64,000 nt of DNA from Paenalcaligenes sp. (GTDB taxonomy: Bacteria > Pseudomonadota > Gammaproteobacteria > Burkholderiales > Burkholderiaceae_B). The notes under the pieces were generated by a model that did no database searches, was not told where the DNA came from, and saw nothing but the letters and a program-made list of their open reading frames with translations. The stretch spans positions 4,858 to 68,857 of the forward strand of contig DATGTW010000071.1 in assembly GCA_035301625.1 (NCBI GenBank), in the 5' to 3' direction. This document shows positions 49,088 through 59,854 of this stretch, piece by piece. A program made the translations under genes and the position numbers. Numbering within the stretch: position 1 is the stretch's first letter; each line of letters starts with the position of its first letter.

Positions 49088-51460
49088 ATGTCTTATGTAA
49101 TTCCCTTCGAAGAGTTGCGCATGACAGATGTCGAGGTAGTAGGCGGTAAAAATGCCTCGCTTGGCGAAATGATCAGCCAATTATCCGATGCTGGAGTGCG
49201 TGTTCCGGGTGGTTTTGCTACGACTTCCCAGGCTTTCCAAGAATTCCTGAAAACGGATAACCTGGGTGAACGTATCAGCGAACGTTTGCGCACGCTCGAC
49301 TACGATGATGTGCGCGAGTTGACAGCTGCTGGCACAGAAATCAGGCAATGGATTATCGATACGCCTTTTCCTTCTAAACTCGAAGAAGAGATTCGGACAG
49401 CTTTTGCTGCACTAGATGTAGATGGCCAAGGTTCATTCGCTGTCCGTTCCTCTGCGACGGCAGAAGATCTTCCAGATGCTTCTTTTGCCGGCCAACAAGA
49501 GAGCTATCTCAATGTAGTGGGCGTTGATGATGTTCTTGAAAAAATTCACTGGGTCTTTGCTTCTTTGTACAACGATCGTGCTATTTCTTATCGTGTACAC
49601 AAAGGCTTTGAACACAGTGAGGTTGCCATTTCTGCTGGCATTCAACGTATGGTGCGCTCGGATAAAGGCAGTGCCGGGGTAATGTTTACTATCGACACTG
49701 AATCTGGTTTTGATCAGGTTGTTTTCATCACGTCATCATATGGGTTAGGTGAGACCGTTGTCCAGGGCTCAGTTAATCCGGATGAATTTTATGTGTTCAA
49801 GCCTGCACTTGAGGCAGGCCATTTTCCCATTATCAGCCGTCGCATTGGATCAAAACTACTCAAAATGGAGTTCAATCCAGATGCGCAGGCCGAAGAAGCT
49901 GTGCGCACAGTTGATGTGCCCGTATCAGAACGCAATCGTTATTCCCTGAGTGATGCCGAAGTGATCGAGTTGGCAAACTACGCCACCATCATCGAAAAGC
50001 ACTATCAACGACCTATGGATATTGAATGGGGTCGAGACGGTGTGGATGGCAAGATCTATATTTTGCAGGCACGCCCCGAGACTGTGATGTCACAGAAAAA
50101 GGCCAATGATGTTCAAGAGCGCTATCGTTTGAAGGCCACAGGGGATATTCTCGTTACCGGTCGCGCAATTGGTCAAAAGATAGGTTCGGGCAATGTTCGT
50201 ATCGTAGGTGATGCCAGCGAAATGCACCTGGTACAGGCCGGGGATATTTTAGTCACTGATATGACAGACCCCAACTGGGAACCTGTCATGAAAATGGCGG
50301 GTGCGATTGTGACCAACCGCGGCGGGCGTACTTGTCATGCTGCGATTATTGCTCGCGAGTTGGGGATTCCGGCTGTGGTTGGGTGTGGTAATGCCACTGA
50401 TGTGCTCAAAAACGGCCAAGAGGTAACTGTCTCGTGTGCTGAAGGTGACGAAGGCCGTATTTATGATGGTTTGCTTGAAACCGAAATCGAAGAGGTCCGC
50501 TGGGGAGAAATGCCTGACATCGGTCTCAATGTCATGATGAACGTGGGTAACCCACAACTGGCATTCGATTTCTGCCAGATTCCTAACGAGGGGGTTGGTT
50601 TAGCGCGTTTAGAGTTCATCATAAATAACAATATTGCCGTACATCCCAAGGCTGTATTAGATTATCCCAATGTGGATGCTGATCTGAAAAAAGCGGTTGA
50701 ATCTGCTGCCCGTGGTTATGCTAGCCCGCGTGCTTTTTTCGTTGAAAAATTAGCCGAAGGGGTCGCAACTTTGGGTGCTGCTTTTTACCCCAAGCCTGTG
50801 ATTGTTCGTTTATCCGATTTTAAGTCGAATGAATACCGCAAGCTTATTGGGGGTTCTCGTTACGAGCCCGAAGAGGAAAACCCGATGTTGGGTTTCCGTG
50901 GTGCAGCGCGCTACTTGGCTGATGAGTTTGCCGAATGCTTCCGCATGGAATGTGAAGCCATCCGCAAGGTGCGTGATGAAATGGGCTTGACCAACGTCGA
51001 AGTCATGGTGCCCTTTGTGCGTACCCTATCTCAGGCCAAACGTGTGACCGAGTTACTCGCCGAGCACGGTCTTGAGCGTGGTAAAAACGGTTTACGCATA
51101 GTCATGATGTGCGAGGTTCCGTCCAATGCGATTTTGGCCAAAGAGTTTTTGCAGTACTTTGATGGATTCTCCATTGGCTCTAATGACCTTACGCAATTGA
51201 CCCTAGGTTTAGACCGAGATTCTGGATTGGAGCTGTTGGTCGAAGACTTTGACGAACGCGATGAAGCTGTCAAGGTATTACTTGCACAGGCAATCCAAGC
51301 ATGTAACGATGCTGGCAAGTATGTCGGTATTTGCGGCCAAGGCCCCAGTGATCACGCTGATTTGGCCGAATGGTTGCGCGATCAGGGCATACAGTCCTTG
51401 TCTTTAAACCCAGATACTGTCATCGATACCTGGCAGCGTTTGGCCAAAGAGACTGCCTAG
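49088..51460 (+). CDS. ppsA: Phosphoenolpyruvate synthase
   Basis: [29 protein letters not shown] and SIGSNDLTQ motifs. Confidence 0.98.
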   Translation: MSYVIPFEELRMTDVEVVGGKNASLGEMISQLSDAGVRVPGGFATTSQAFQEFLKTDNLGERISERLRTLDYDDVRELTAAGTEIRQWIIDTPFPSKLEEEIRTAFAALDVDGQGSFAVRSSATAEDLPDASFAGQQESYLNVVGVDDVLEKIHWVFASLYNDRAISYRVHKGFEHSEVAISAGIQRMVRSDKGSAGVMFTIDTESGFDQVVFITSSYGLGETVVQGSVNPDEFYVFKPALEAGHFPIISRRIGSKLLKMEFNPDAQAEEAVRTVDVPVSERNRYSLSDAEVIELANYATIIEKHYQRPMDIEWGRDGVDGKIYILQARPETVMSQKKANDVQERYRLKATGDILVTGRAIGQKIGSGNVRIVGDASEMHLVQAGDILVTDMTDPNWEPVMKMAGAIVTNRGGRTCHAAIIARELGIPAVVGCGNATDVLKNGQEVTVSCAEGDEGRIYDGLLETEIEEVRWGEMPDIGLNVMMNVGNPQLAFDFCQIPNEGVGLARLEFIINNNIAVHPKAVLDYPNVDADLKKAVESAARGYASPRAFFVEKLAEGVATLGAAFYPKPVIVRLSDFKSNEYRKLIGGSRYEPEEENPMLGFRGAARYLADEFAECFRMECEAIRKVRDEMGLTNVEVMVPFVRTLSQAKRVTELLAEHGLERGKNGLRIVMMCEVPSNAILAKEFLQYFDGFSIGSNDLTQLTLGLDRDSGLELLVEDFDERDEAVKVLLAQAIQACNDAGKYVGICGQGPSDHADLAEWLRDQGIQSLSLNPDTVIDTWQRLAKETA

Positions 51461-51504
51461 GCATAGTTGGAACTGCGATTGCTACCATTATTTTTATAGC
51501 GTGT

Positions 51505-51545
51505 CTCCCTATGCCTTTAAGGCATAGGGGGGCCACTCGTTTTTA
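51505..51545. terminator. Stem-loop between convergent ppsA and smpB
   Basis: CCCTATGCC-TTTAA-GGCATAGGG with a T-run a few bases downstream. Confidence 0.65.
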
Positions 51546-51593
51546 TGAGGCAATGTGATTTAATGTCAGGTGAGTAATAGAGAATATGTGCTG

Positions 51594-52043
51594 TTAGCGT
51601 ACAACGTTACGCAATAGGCGCTGTTGCTCGCGTTGCCAATCACGATCACGTTGGGTGCGTCGTTTGTCGTGTTGTTTTTTACCCTTGCCCAAGCCCACAT
51701 CCATTTTGATACGCCCGCGACGATAATGCAGATTAATGGGTATTAATGTATAACCTCTTTGCTCTACTTGCCCAATTAGTTTGTTGATTTCATGTCGATG
51801 CATGAGCAGTTTGCGTGATCGGGTGGGGTCTGGCTTAATATGGGTGGATACGGTCGATAGGGGGCTGATATGCATACCGATTACCCACAGCTCGCCATCT
51901 CGGACGATGACATAGCTCTCGGCCAGCTGCACACGGCCTTCGCGGATGGCTTTGACCTCCCAGCCCTCGAGTACGAGGCCTGCTTCTGAGACCTCTTCGA
52001 TGAAATATTCGTGACGTGCTCTTCGGTTGTGAACAATACTCAT
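51594..52043 (-). CDS. smpB: SsrA-binding protein
   Basis: [19 protein letters not shown] and GKKQHDKR motifs. Confidence 0.97.
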   Translation of the reverse strand: MSIVHNRRARHEYFIEEVSEAGLVLEGWEVKAIREGRVQLAESYVIVRDGELWVIGMHISPLSTVSTHIKPDPTRSRKLLMHRHEINKLIGQVEQRGYTLIPINLHYRRGRIKMDVGLGKGKKQHDKRRTQRDRDWQREQQRLLRNVVR

Positions 52044-52103
52044 TGACAGTCGTCTAACTAAAAGTTGTTAAATTAAAAACCATTTTATCTATTAAATTTA
52101 TCG

Positions 52104-52535
52104 ATGCCTACAGTAAAGCGTTCCGTAATTGTCCCATATACTTCTGAACAAATGTTTGATTTAGTTTCCGATGTGGCTCGGTACCCCGAGTTTATGCCTT
52201 GGTGTGGCGGCGCTGACGTGATGGAGCAAGACGAATCGGGCATGGTTGCGTCGATAATGATCAGAATTGCTCGCATTAGCCAAAACTTTACCACGAAGAA
52301 TACCCATGATTACCCGAATCGGATACAACTCGAATTAGTTGATGGGCCTTTTTCCAATTTAACAGGGGATTGGTCTTTTACTCCGTTGGGTGAGGATGGC
52401 TGCAAAATCGATTTTGTGATGCAGTATGAGTTTTCTAGCCGTGCGTTAGAAATGGTAATTGGCCCTATTTTTAATCGCATTGCCACGAGTTTTATTGACT
52501 CATTTACGCAGCGGGCTAATGAACTGTACGAATAA
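52104..52535 (+). CDS. ratA: RatA/PasT (Coq10-like START-domain protein)
   Basis: MFDLVSDVARYPEFMPWC and GPFSNLTGDW motifs; divergent from smpB. Confidence 0.92.
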   Translation: MPTVKRSVIVPYTSEQMFDLVSDVARYPEFMPWCGGADVMEQDESGMVASIMIRIARISQNFTTKNTHDYPNRIQLELVDGPFSNLTGDWSFTPLGEDGCKIDFVMQYEFSSRALEMVIGPIFNRIATSFIDSFTQRANELYE

Positions 52536-52609
52536 TAACATTCCATTTAGCGTATCCATATTCGAGCTACGGCCATTTTTGGTTTGATTTATGGTGCAGG
52601 ATAATAATT

Positions 52610-52915
52610 ATGATTAAGGTAGAGATTGTTTTTGCGCCAGTAGCTCAGCGAGTTTGGAAAAAAACTGTTGATGTTCCCAACGGGGCCACACTTGAGCACG
52701 CTTTGGTACACAGCGGCTTTTACCAAGAGCACGGGCAACAATGGCAGGAAGCGCCATGTGGCATTTTTGGGGTGCAGCGAGATAGGGATTATAGATTAAG
52801 CGAGGGCGACCAAGTAGAAGTGTACCGATCTTTGGTTTTTGATCCCATGGAATCCCGTAGGCGTCGGGCAGCACATCGTGAACGCCAACGAAAACAAGCT
52901 AAGAAAAAAAACTAA
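52610..52915 (+). CDS. rnfH: RnfH/RatB ubiquitin-fold protein
   Basis: GIFG and GDQVEVYRSL..DP.E.RRRR motifs; follows ratA. Confidence 0.88.
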   Translation: MIKVEIVFAPVAQRVWKKTVDVPNGATLEHALVHSGFYQEHGQQWQEAPCGIFGVQRDRDYRLSEGDQVEVYRSLVFDPMESRRRRAAHRERQRKQAKKKN

Positions 52916-52942
52916 CTATCGACTATAAAAAGGACAGTGAGG

Positions 52943-54097
52943 ATGACTCAAAAGGTAAAAATCGATACTTTAAAAACAAATCAAACGGGTTTATCAATAG
53001 GCGTCTTAACAATAAATAGGCCGGCTAATTTAAACAGCATCGATCTGTCAATGGTTAATACCATGCTCAATCAAATGCGTGTATGGCAGGCAGATGCTGG
53101 TATTGTTGCGGTGATCATCTGCGGTGCCACTCACAAAGCCTTTTCTGCAGGCGGTGATTTACAAGCCCTTTATCAAAGCATGAATGCTTATCCAGATCTG
53201 CAATCTCCCTGGGAGAATGACTACGGTCGGGATTTTTTTGCACAAGAGTATCAGCTCGACCATTTGATTCATACCTTTGAAAAACCCATTATCGCACTTG
53301 GTTTTGGGGTTTTAATGGGTGGTGGTATTGGGGTATTTACTGGTGCGAGTCATCGAGTTGTAGCTCCTAAAACCCGTTACGCAATGCCGGAAATTGCGAT
53401 TGGTTTATTTCCCGATGTTGCTGGCTCATGGTTGCTAGCTCGTTTGCCGGCGGGAATAGCGCATACCTTGGTCATGACTGGAGCACATATCAATGGTGCT
53501 GATGCTTATTATTTGGGCTTGGCAGACTATTTGTTTGATGAAAGCACTGATTCTGAACGTATTATTACTGATCTATGTGAGGCTCGGTGGCAGGGTTGTC
53601 CTTATGCCACGTGCAGTCGGGTACTCAGTGCATACCACCAGCCTAGTTTGAGTAAGCTAGGCATGTTGATTCCACACTATGAGCGGTTGCGTGCCTTGGG
53701 TGCAAATTCTGATTTTGATGTCTTGTGTACACAGTACACACATTGGGCCGAGCCCGATGCCATGGGTGCCGATCATGATCCTTGGTTGCAACGTGCCGGC
53801 GAGCAGTTCTTAGCAGGTAGCCCATTATCTATCCGCCTCAGTTATGAGCTTTTAAAGCTCAATCGCCACTATTCATTGGCCGAGGCCTTTCAGGTTGATT
53901 TTAATGTTGCGATGCATTGTTTGGTACATCATGATTTTAAAGAGGGCATACGGGCTTTGATTGTTGATAAGGACAGCGCACCGCGTTGGACGCATCAAAC
54001 ACCCCAGGAGGTCACTATCAACGAGGTGATGGCCTTTTTAACGCCGGTACACCCCAAAGATGTAGAGCATCCGCTACAAGACCTATCTGATTATTGA
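52943..54097 (+). CDS. Enoyl-CoA hydratase family, 3-hydroxyisobutyryl-CoA hydrolase-like
   Basis: AFSAGGD, MGGG, AMPE.AIGLFPDV and DFKEGIRALIVDKD motifs. Confidence 0.88.
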   Translation: MTQKVKIDTLKTNQTGLSIGVLTINRPANLNSIDLSMVNTMLNQMRVWQADAGIVAVIICGATHKAFSAGGDLQALYQSMNAYPDLQSPWENDYGRDFFAQEYQLDHLIHTFEKPIIALGFGVLMGGGIGVFTGASHRVVAPKTRYAMPEIAIGLFPDVAGSWLLARLPAGIAHTLVMTGAHINGADAYYLGLADYLFDESTDSERIITDLCEARWQGCPYATCSRVLSAYHQPSLSKLGMLIPHYERLRALGANSDFDVLCTQYTHWAEPDAMGADHDPWLQRAGEQFLAGSPLSIRLSYELLKLNRHYSLAEAFQVDFNVAMHCLVHHDFKEGIRALIVDKDSAPRWTHQTPQEVTINEVMAFLTPVHPKDVEHPLQDLSDY

Positions 54098-54139
54098 TTT
54101 GGCAGCGATCATATCTGTTGACTGCTTATTAATTAAAGC

Positions 54140-54171
54140 GCTGGGCCATTAGTAAATGACATCGGCCCAGC
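54140..54171. terminator. Stem-loop between the convergent hydrolase gene and ygfZ
   Basis: GCTGGGCC-N16-GGCCCAGC with AT-rich flanks. Confidence 0.5.
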
Positions 54172-54225
54172 AAAATAACAGGCAATCAATTTCAGCTGCA
54201 GAGGTTCAAACTATTTCAGTAAGGA

Positions 54226-55218
54226 TTATTTTTTTTCCCAAGGCAGGCTATCTTCAAAGGGTAAGGGCTGATGCGTAAACGTCAACTGTGGGTAATTGGC
54301 TGGCGCCAGTTTTGCATGATTCAGGATTTGATCCAACTGAGTTTCGACCAATGCCCATAGATGACCATTATGCAGTGTGCTGCTACTAATGCGGCCAATG
54401 GCACGGGCTTTCTCTAGATCAGTATCAGCCTCTGGGGCCAGAATAACATCAGTCCCGGTTAATGCTTGTGCAGCATCTAAATTGATATCAATATCAGCGT
54501 GTAGCTCGGCACTCATCAACACAGATCGTCTGCGAATGGTCGCACGGTAATGACTGCGCGCCACAACTTCTTGCCCTGGAAAGCAGCCCTTGGCAAAGTT
54601 AACTGCTGGCAATATATCCAAATTGATGTTTTGTGGGATAAAAGTCTCTGTGTTTTCTTCGTTGATCCATACCCATCCATTAATGATTTCCTGAAATAGC
54701 CAAGCTTCTGGTGTGACCAGTTGGTGCGGCTCTATTTTTAGATCGCTGTGTTCGTTGCCACTGAGATCAATGAGCCAATAACGTTCGGGCTGATCTTTTG
54801 TGCCGGCAGCTTGGATGCTCAGGGTGTTGCCTAGCCATAGCATAGGTAGTTGCCAATCAGCAGCGGCAGGCTGGGCATCTATTTGTGCACCTAGCACAGG
54901 GCTATTGCAGCCCAGCACGACACTATTATCCAGTAATTCCAGCGTAACTTTGGCGCGCAAGACATACATTTGCAGTCTGCGCAACAATGTCTCGGCAATG
55001 CTTTGATGCAGCATTAAGTAAATAGTATCGGGCTCTTCTGAATGGCGCCAATAGAGGCCATCTGCCATGACCCGACCTTGTGGGGTGCAGTAGGCAAACA
55101 CTCTGGCTTGATCCGTGGATAAATCATTCACAGATTGAGTCAATTGGTTGTGGAGGAAATCTTGTGCATCAGCACCCTGACAGGCAATGATGCTAAAAGG
55201 TAGGTGGTGATTAGTCAT
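54226..55218 (-). CDS. ygfZ: Folate-binding Fe-S repair / tRNA-modification protein YgfZ
   Basis: KGCFPGQEVVAR signature; GADAQDFLHNQLT. Confidence 0.93.
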   Translation of the reverse strand: MTNHHLPFSIIACQGADAQDFLHNQLTQSVNDLSTDQARVFAYCTPQGRVMADGLYWRHSEEPDTIYLMLHQSIAETLLRRLQMYVLRAKVTLELLDNSVVLGCNSPVLGAQIDAQPAAADWQLPMLWLGNTLSIQAAGTKDQPERYWLIDLSGNEHSDLKIEPHQLVTPEAWLFQEIINGWVWINEENTETFIPQNINLDILPAVNFAKGCFPGQEVVARSHYRATIRRRSVLMSAELHADIDINLDAAQALTGTDVILAPEADTDLEKARAIGRISSSTLHNGHLWALVETQLDQILNHAKLAPANYPQLTFTHQPLPFEDSLPWEKK

Positions 55219-55409
55219 GTTTATTGGTGCGTCTCGAATTAAAACAAATGAGCAAATAACTATAACAACACTGTATCAAAGTCAATTTTATAACCCTAGT
55301 AAATCCCGTGTCTACGCAGTGCTAAACTTTAGTGCTTTTCTAGGCTATTATGATGCACTGTAATGGGTGGCGGGATTAACACATTGAATAGGCTAGCCGG
55401 TTAAATAGT

Positions 55410-56420
55410 ATGAGGCGATCTGCGCGGTTTTTTTTGTTGGGTCTTTTGGCATTGGCAGTGGGTTTAGCCTTAGTGGCGTGGAGCGGTTGGTGGTGGGTGA
55501 TGCAACGTTCAGTACCCATGGATGCACCTACGGTTGACTATATGGTTGAGCAGGGCATGGGACCACGCCAGATAGCGCGTCAAATGACCCGTGCGGGCAT
55601 TGCTTTGAACGAAGATAGTTTTGTGTTGTTGGCTCGATATGCTGAGACTGATAAAAGTCTCAAGGCTGGAGCATACCAAGCGCAATCTGGGGATACATTG
55701 TGGGATTTGCTGCAACGAATGGTTGATGGCGATATGCTGCAAACGCGCATTACATTTGTCGAGGGTTGGACTTTTGCACGAATGCTAGAAGCCATGAGTA
55801 ATCACCCTGATATTAAAAATACTTTAAGTGAGGCTACCCCTGCTGAGATCGCACAAGAGCTCGATATGCCAACAGAATACCCTGAGGGGTTATTTTATCC
55901 AGACACCTATGTGTTTGTACCAGGCACAACAGATTTAGTGTTACTGCAAAGGGCACATGAAGCGCAGCAGAATGTCATCGATAAGTTGTGGGAGCAACGT
56001 GATTCCGATTTACCAATTAAAACTCCATACGAGGCTTTGGTTTTGGCTTCTATAGTCGAAAAAGAGACAGGGCATACGCAAGATCGCGAGCGGGTGGCTG
56101 GGGTGTTTGTAAATCGTTTACGCACAGGAATGCTATTGCAAACCGATCCTACCGTCATTTATGGTATGGGTGAGCGCTACCAAGGTCGAATACGTAAAGT
56201 AGATCTGAATACGGATAACCCGTGGAATACCTATACGCGTCCAGGTTTGCCACCCACGCCTATCGCGTTGCCTGGCAAGGCATCTATACTGGCAGTATTA
56301 CATCCTGAGAAACATGACTACTTTTATTTCGTCTCTCGTGGCGATGGCAGCAGCGAGTTTTCAAAAACGTTGCGGGAGCACAATCGAGCAGTGGCGAAAT
56401 ATATTCTCAAACGCAATTGA
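55410..56420 (+). CDS. mltG: Endolytic transglycosylase MltG
   Basis: N-terminal TM; ASIVEKET, LQTDPTVIYG and NTY..PGLPPTPI motifs. Confidence 0.96.
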   Translation: MRRSARFFLLGLLALAVGLALVAWSGWWWVMQRSVPMDAPTVDYMVEQGMGPRQIARQMTRAGIALNEDSFVLLARYAETDKSLKAGAYQAQSGDTLWDLLQRMVDGDMLQTRITFVEGWTFARMLEAMSNHPDIKNTLSEATPAEIAQELDMPTEYPEGLFYPDTYVFVPGTTDLVLLQRAHEAQQNVIDKLWEQRDSDLPIKTPYEALVLASIVEKETGHTQDRERVAGVFVNRLRTGMLLQTDPTVIYGMGERYQGRIRKVDLNTDNPWNTYTRPGLPPTPIALPGKASILAVLHPEKHDYFYFVSRGDGSSEFSKTLREHNRAVAKYILKRN

Positions 56421-56426
56421 GGAATA

Positions 56427-57065
56427 ATGACACAGCAAGGTTTGTTTTTAACCCTCGAAGGGGTTGATGGCGCAGGAAAAAGCACTCACATCCCTTTCAT
56501 GAAACAGGTGCTCCAGGCGCATAATATTTCTGTGGTAGTGACTCGGGAACCCGGGGGCACTCCATTAGGAGAATCTCTACGCGAACTACTTTTGCAGCAA
56601 CCCATGCGTCTCAAGACAGAATGTTTGTTGATGTTTGCGGCGCGCAACGAACATATCCAAACCCGTGTTTTGCCAGCATTAAAAAAAGGTCAATGGGTAT
56701 TGTGTGATCGCTTTACTGATGCTAGTTATGCCTATCAGGGCGGGGGTCGGGCGTTGGGTACTGAGCAGATACGCGTGTTAGAGCAATGGGTGCATGCTGG
56801 CTTACAGCCTGATCGCACCTGGTTGTTTGATGTTCCATTGGATTTGGCACGCCAAAGAATGCTAAATACACGTGTATTGGATCGATTTGAAAAAGAAGAC
56901 GTAGAGTTTTTTATTCGTACGCAACAAGCCTACTACGATCGAGTTCATCAAGATCCCCAACGGTTTTATATGGTTGATGCCAGCAGGGATATACAAACCA
57001 TTCAAAATCAGCTCAATAAAGAACTTTTAGCGCTTATTGATTCCTGGCGCGGTGTGGCCTCTTGA
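56427..57065 (+). CDS. tmk: Thymidylate kinase
   Basis: EGVDGAGKST, TREPGGT and DRF..SYAYQGGG motifs. Confidence 0.97.
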   Translation: MTQQGLFLTLEGVDGAGKSTHIPFMKQVLQAHNISVVVTREPGGTPLGESLRELLLQQPMRLKTECLLMFAARNEHIQTRVLPALKKGQWVLCDRFTDASYAYQGGGRALGTEQIRVLEQWVHAGLQPDRTWLFDVPLDLARQRMLNTRVLDRFEKEDVEFFIRTQQAYYDRVHQDPQRFYMVDASRDIQTIQNQLNKELLALIDSWRGVAS

Positions 57066-57098
57066 GCACATTTTATTTATTAATCTTAGACCGTTCAC

Positions 57099-58109
57099 AT
57101 GCAATTACTCCCCTGGTTTGAAACTACTGCGAGCAGTTTTTTAAAACATAAAACACATTTAGCTCATGCCTGGCTATTAACGGGAGCACGCGGGATTGGC
57201 AAGTTCGAACTGGGGCAGTTTTTAGGTGCATCTTTACTGTGCGAGCAACCTAACGAGTTGGGGTTTGCTTGTGGTCGCTGCCGTGCCTGTGGCTGGGTAG
57301 AAAACAACACTCATCCAGATTTAAAATACATTTATCCGGCTGCTTTACACGGACAGCTATTCCCCACCCAAGAGCCTACTGACAAAGAGGAAAAGTCTCA
57401 AGAAATTCGCATTGAGCAATTACGCGCACTGGATGATTGGTTTTATGCCAGCACGCATCGGGCAGGGTTTCGAGTGGTGATTTTTTATCCTGCACATCAA
57501 ATCAATGGCATTACGGCTAACGCTTTGCTAAAAATACTTGAAGAACCAATGCCACAGACAGTGTTTTTGCTCATTACTGATCAATTGCCTTTGATGTTGC
57601 CAACGATACGTTCGCGTTGCCAGTTAATGCGTCTACAAAGTCCTACAAGCGATATGGCTTTGGATTGGCTCGAAAACCAGGATATCAGTAATTCAGCACA
57701 ATGGTTGGCAGCGCATGATGGTGCTCCATTTGAGGCTCTCAAGGCGGCACAAAATGATAAGCAACCGATACCAGAATGGCTTCAGCAATTAGTAATAGCT
57801 CTGGAACAGCGTCAGTTAGCAACCTTATATACTTTGTTAGCCGCGCTCGAGCCATTACCCTACGGTCTGGTACTGACTGTTTTGCAGCGGTTATTATTAG
57901 ACATACAGTATTGTCAGTTTGGACTCGAGCCGCGTCATTTTGCTCAGTTGCAACCGTATTTACTGCCATTGGCTAATCGCAGCACCCGCCATGCAGTGAC
58001 GGTTTTATTAAAAAATCTGACACAAAGTCAAAAAACAGCACAACACCCTTTTAATCAGAAGTTGCGGGTACACCGATTATTGGATCTACTCTACGGGGCA
58101 TTAGCATAA
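57099..58109 (+). CDS. holB: DNA polymerase III delta' subunit
   Basis: HAWLL.G..GIGK, zinc motif C...CGRCRAC, HPD, NALLK.LEEP and TIRSRC. Confidence 0.93.
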   Translation: MQLLPWFETTASSFLKHKTHLAHAWLLTGARGIGKFELGQFLGASLLCEQPNELGFACGRCRACGWVENNTHPDLKYIYPAALHGQLFPTQEPTDKEEKSQEIRIEQLRALDDWFYASTHRAGFRVVIFYPAHQINGITANALLKILEEPMPQTVFLLITDQLPLMLPTIRSRCQLMRLQSPTSDMALDWLENQDISNSAQWLAAHDGAPFEALKAAQNDKQPIPEWLQQLVIALEQRQLATLYTLLAALEPLPYGLVLTVLQRLLLDIQYCQFGLEPRHFAQLQPYLLPLANRSTRHAVTVLLKNLTQSQKTAQHPFNQKLRVHRLLDLLYGALA

Positions 58110-58218
58110 GTTACTGTCTGCAGGGGTGTCACTCTATACAGTTATTTAGCTAGCGCTTGCGTACGCCTTACAATACGAAAGTACCTATTTAAAATTGTTT
58201 TGAAAACAAGAGATATTT

Positions 58219-58989
58219 ATGTTTGTTGATTCTCATTGCCACATTGATTTTCCACAGTTACGCGATCGTTTTGATGATGTCATGACCAATATGGAACACA
58301 ATCAGGTGGAACATGCACTGGTGGTGAGCGTAGATATTGATGCATGGCCGGGATTGATGTCTTTGGTAGAGCAAAAATCGAATTTAAGCGCATCGGTAGG
58401 GGTTCATCCTGGATATAGAGATGTTAATGAGCCTTCGGCCAAAGAATTAATCGAATTTGCCCAACATCCTAAAGTGGTGGCCATCGGTGAAACAGGCTTG
58501 GATTACTACCGCCTAAAAGAGCCTTTGGACTGGCAGCGCGAGCGCTTTGAGCGACATCTGCTGGTGAGCCGTCGAACTGGGTTACCTACCATTATTCATA
58601 CGCGCGCAGCAGCTGCCGATACATTAGCGATTATGAAAGACGCACAAGTTGATCAGGTCGGTGGCGTGATGCACTGCTTTACAGAAACGAAAGAAGTGGC
58701 CAAAGCTGCGATGGATATGAATTTTTATATTTCATTCTCGGGCATTGTGACTTTCAAAAGTGCTACCGATCTACAAGAGGTCGCGCGCTATGTGCCATTG
58801 GATAGAATGCTCATTGAAACTGATTCGCCTTATTTAGCGCCTGTACCCCATCGTGGAAAAACCAATGAGCCTGCCAACGTTAAGCATGTTGCAGAATATA
58901 TTGCACAATTACGTGGCGTAGATGTAAATACCATTGCTGAGGCAACTACAAATAATTTTTATAGTCTTTTCAACAAGATAAAGCATTAA
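58219..58989 (+). CDS. TatD-family DNase (YcfH-like)
   Basis: DSHCH, GVHP, GETGLDY, HCFT and ETDSPYL motifs. Confidence 0.95.
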   Translation: MFVDSHCHIDFPQLRDRFDDVMTNMEHNQVEHALVVSVDIDAWPGLMSLVEQKSNLSASVGVHPGYRDVNEPSAKELIEFAQHPKVVAIGETGLDYYRLKEPLDWQRERFERHLLVSRRTGLPTIIHTRAAAADTLAIMKDAQVDQVGGVMHCFTETKEVAKAAMDMNFYISFSGIVTFKSATDLQEVARYVPLDRMLIETDSPYLAPVPHRGKTNEPANVKHVAEYIAQLRGVDVNTIAEATTNNFYSLFNKIKH

Positions 58990-59050
58990 CTTAAAGCTTC
59001 ACATTAGTAGGTTCCAATTAAAAAATGTCAGTACACGGCAGGAATCATTT

Positions 59051-59824
59051 ATGTTTTCACTAAAAAATAAACTCAAATATGGTGCGCTACTAGGTATTTG
59101 CTGCATCGCTTTACAGTCATCTGCGACAGCCCAAAGCACAAGCAGCAACAAGCAGTTTTGGAATGATGTTTTGAATGATCGTCAAACTGCTGTGCAACAA
59201 CAGTTGAGAGCCGGGCTTGATCCCAACATCAAAAGTACCGAGGGAGAACCCGCGGTCATGTGGGCGATTCAAAATGGTTCTTGGGGTGTGTATGATTTAT
59301 TTGCACAGTCCCCAGACTTTGATCCTAACGTCACTAACGAAAATAATGAAACGCCTTTAATGTACTTAGCGATTTTGGGCGAGTTAGAGCGTGCCCAGGA
59401 TCTCTATGCTAAAGGGGCCAAAATTAACCGTTTGGGCTGGACACCATTGCATTATGCTGCCTCTAAAGGACAGGTGGAATTTGCTCAGTGGTTGCTAAAT
59501 GAAGGGGCATTTGTTCATGCTCCTGCGCCCGATGGAACCACTACATTGATGATGGCAGCATTGTCAGGCAGTAGGCAAATGGTAGATTTATTGCTGACTG
59601 CAGGAGCCGATTTAAAAGCTGTTAATATTAATTATCATACTGCTGTTGATTGGGCTGAATCAGCCAATCATAGCGGTTTAGCCCGTTATTTAAATGAATT
59701 GCAGGATGCCCCCCAAGGCCAAGCTCAGCGCGAACACGAAGCAGCTAAAACTGAATCCAAGACCGATGCTCCTAAAACATCTAGTGGCTCCAGCAAGTAC
59801 TTTGACTTAGACCGTTTTGACTGA
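59051..59824 (+). CDS. Exported ankyrin-repeat protein
   Basis: Signal peptide ending ATA; ankyrin motifs ETPLMY, GWTPLHYAA and GTTTLMMAA. Confidence 0.9.
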   Translation: MFSLKNKLKYGALLGICCIALQSSATAQSTSSNKQFWNDVLNDRQTAVQQQLRAGLDPNIKSTEGEPAVMWAIQNGSWGVYDLFAQSPDFDPNVTNENNETPLMYLAILGELERAQDLYAKGAKINRLGWTPLHYAASKGQVEFAQWLLNEGAFVHAPAPDGTTTLMMAALSGSRQMVDLLLTAGADLKAVNINYHTAVDWAESANHSGLARYLNELQDAPQGQAQREHEAAKTESKTDAPKTSSGSSKYFDLDRFD

Positions 59825-59832
59825 ACGCATGA

Positions 59833-59854
59833 GGTCAGCCACATAGGCTGGTTT
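59833..59854. terminator. Short stem-loop between the convergent ankyrin gene and ugpC
   Basis: CAGCC-ACATA-GGCTG, extended by G-U pairs and followed by TTT. Confidence 0.4.

Noticed and set aside
52104-52915. ratA-rnfH as a toxin-antitoxin or defence module
   Set aside because: The pair is a conserved core neighbour of smpB, and RatA is a Coq10-like protein. There is no accessory-region signature.
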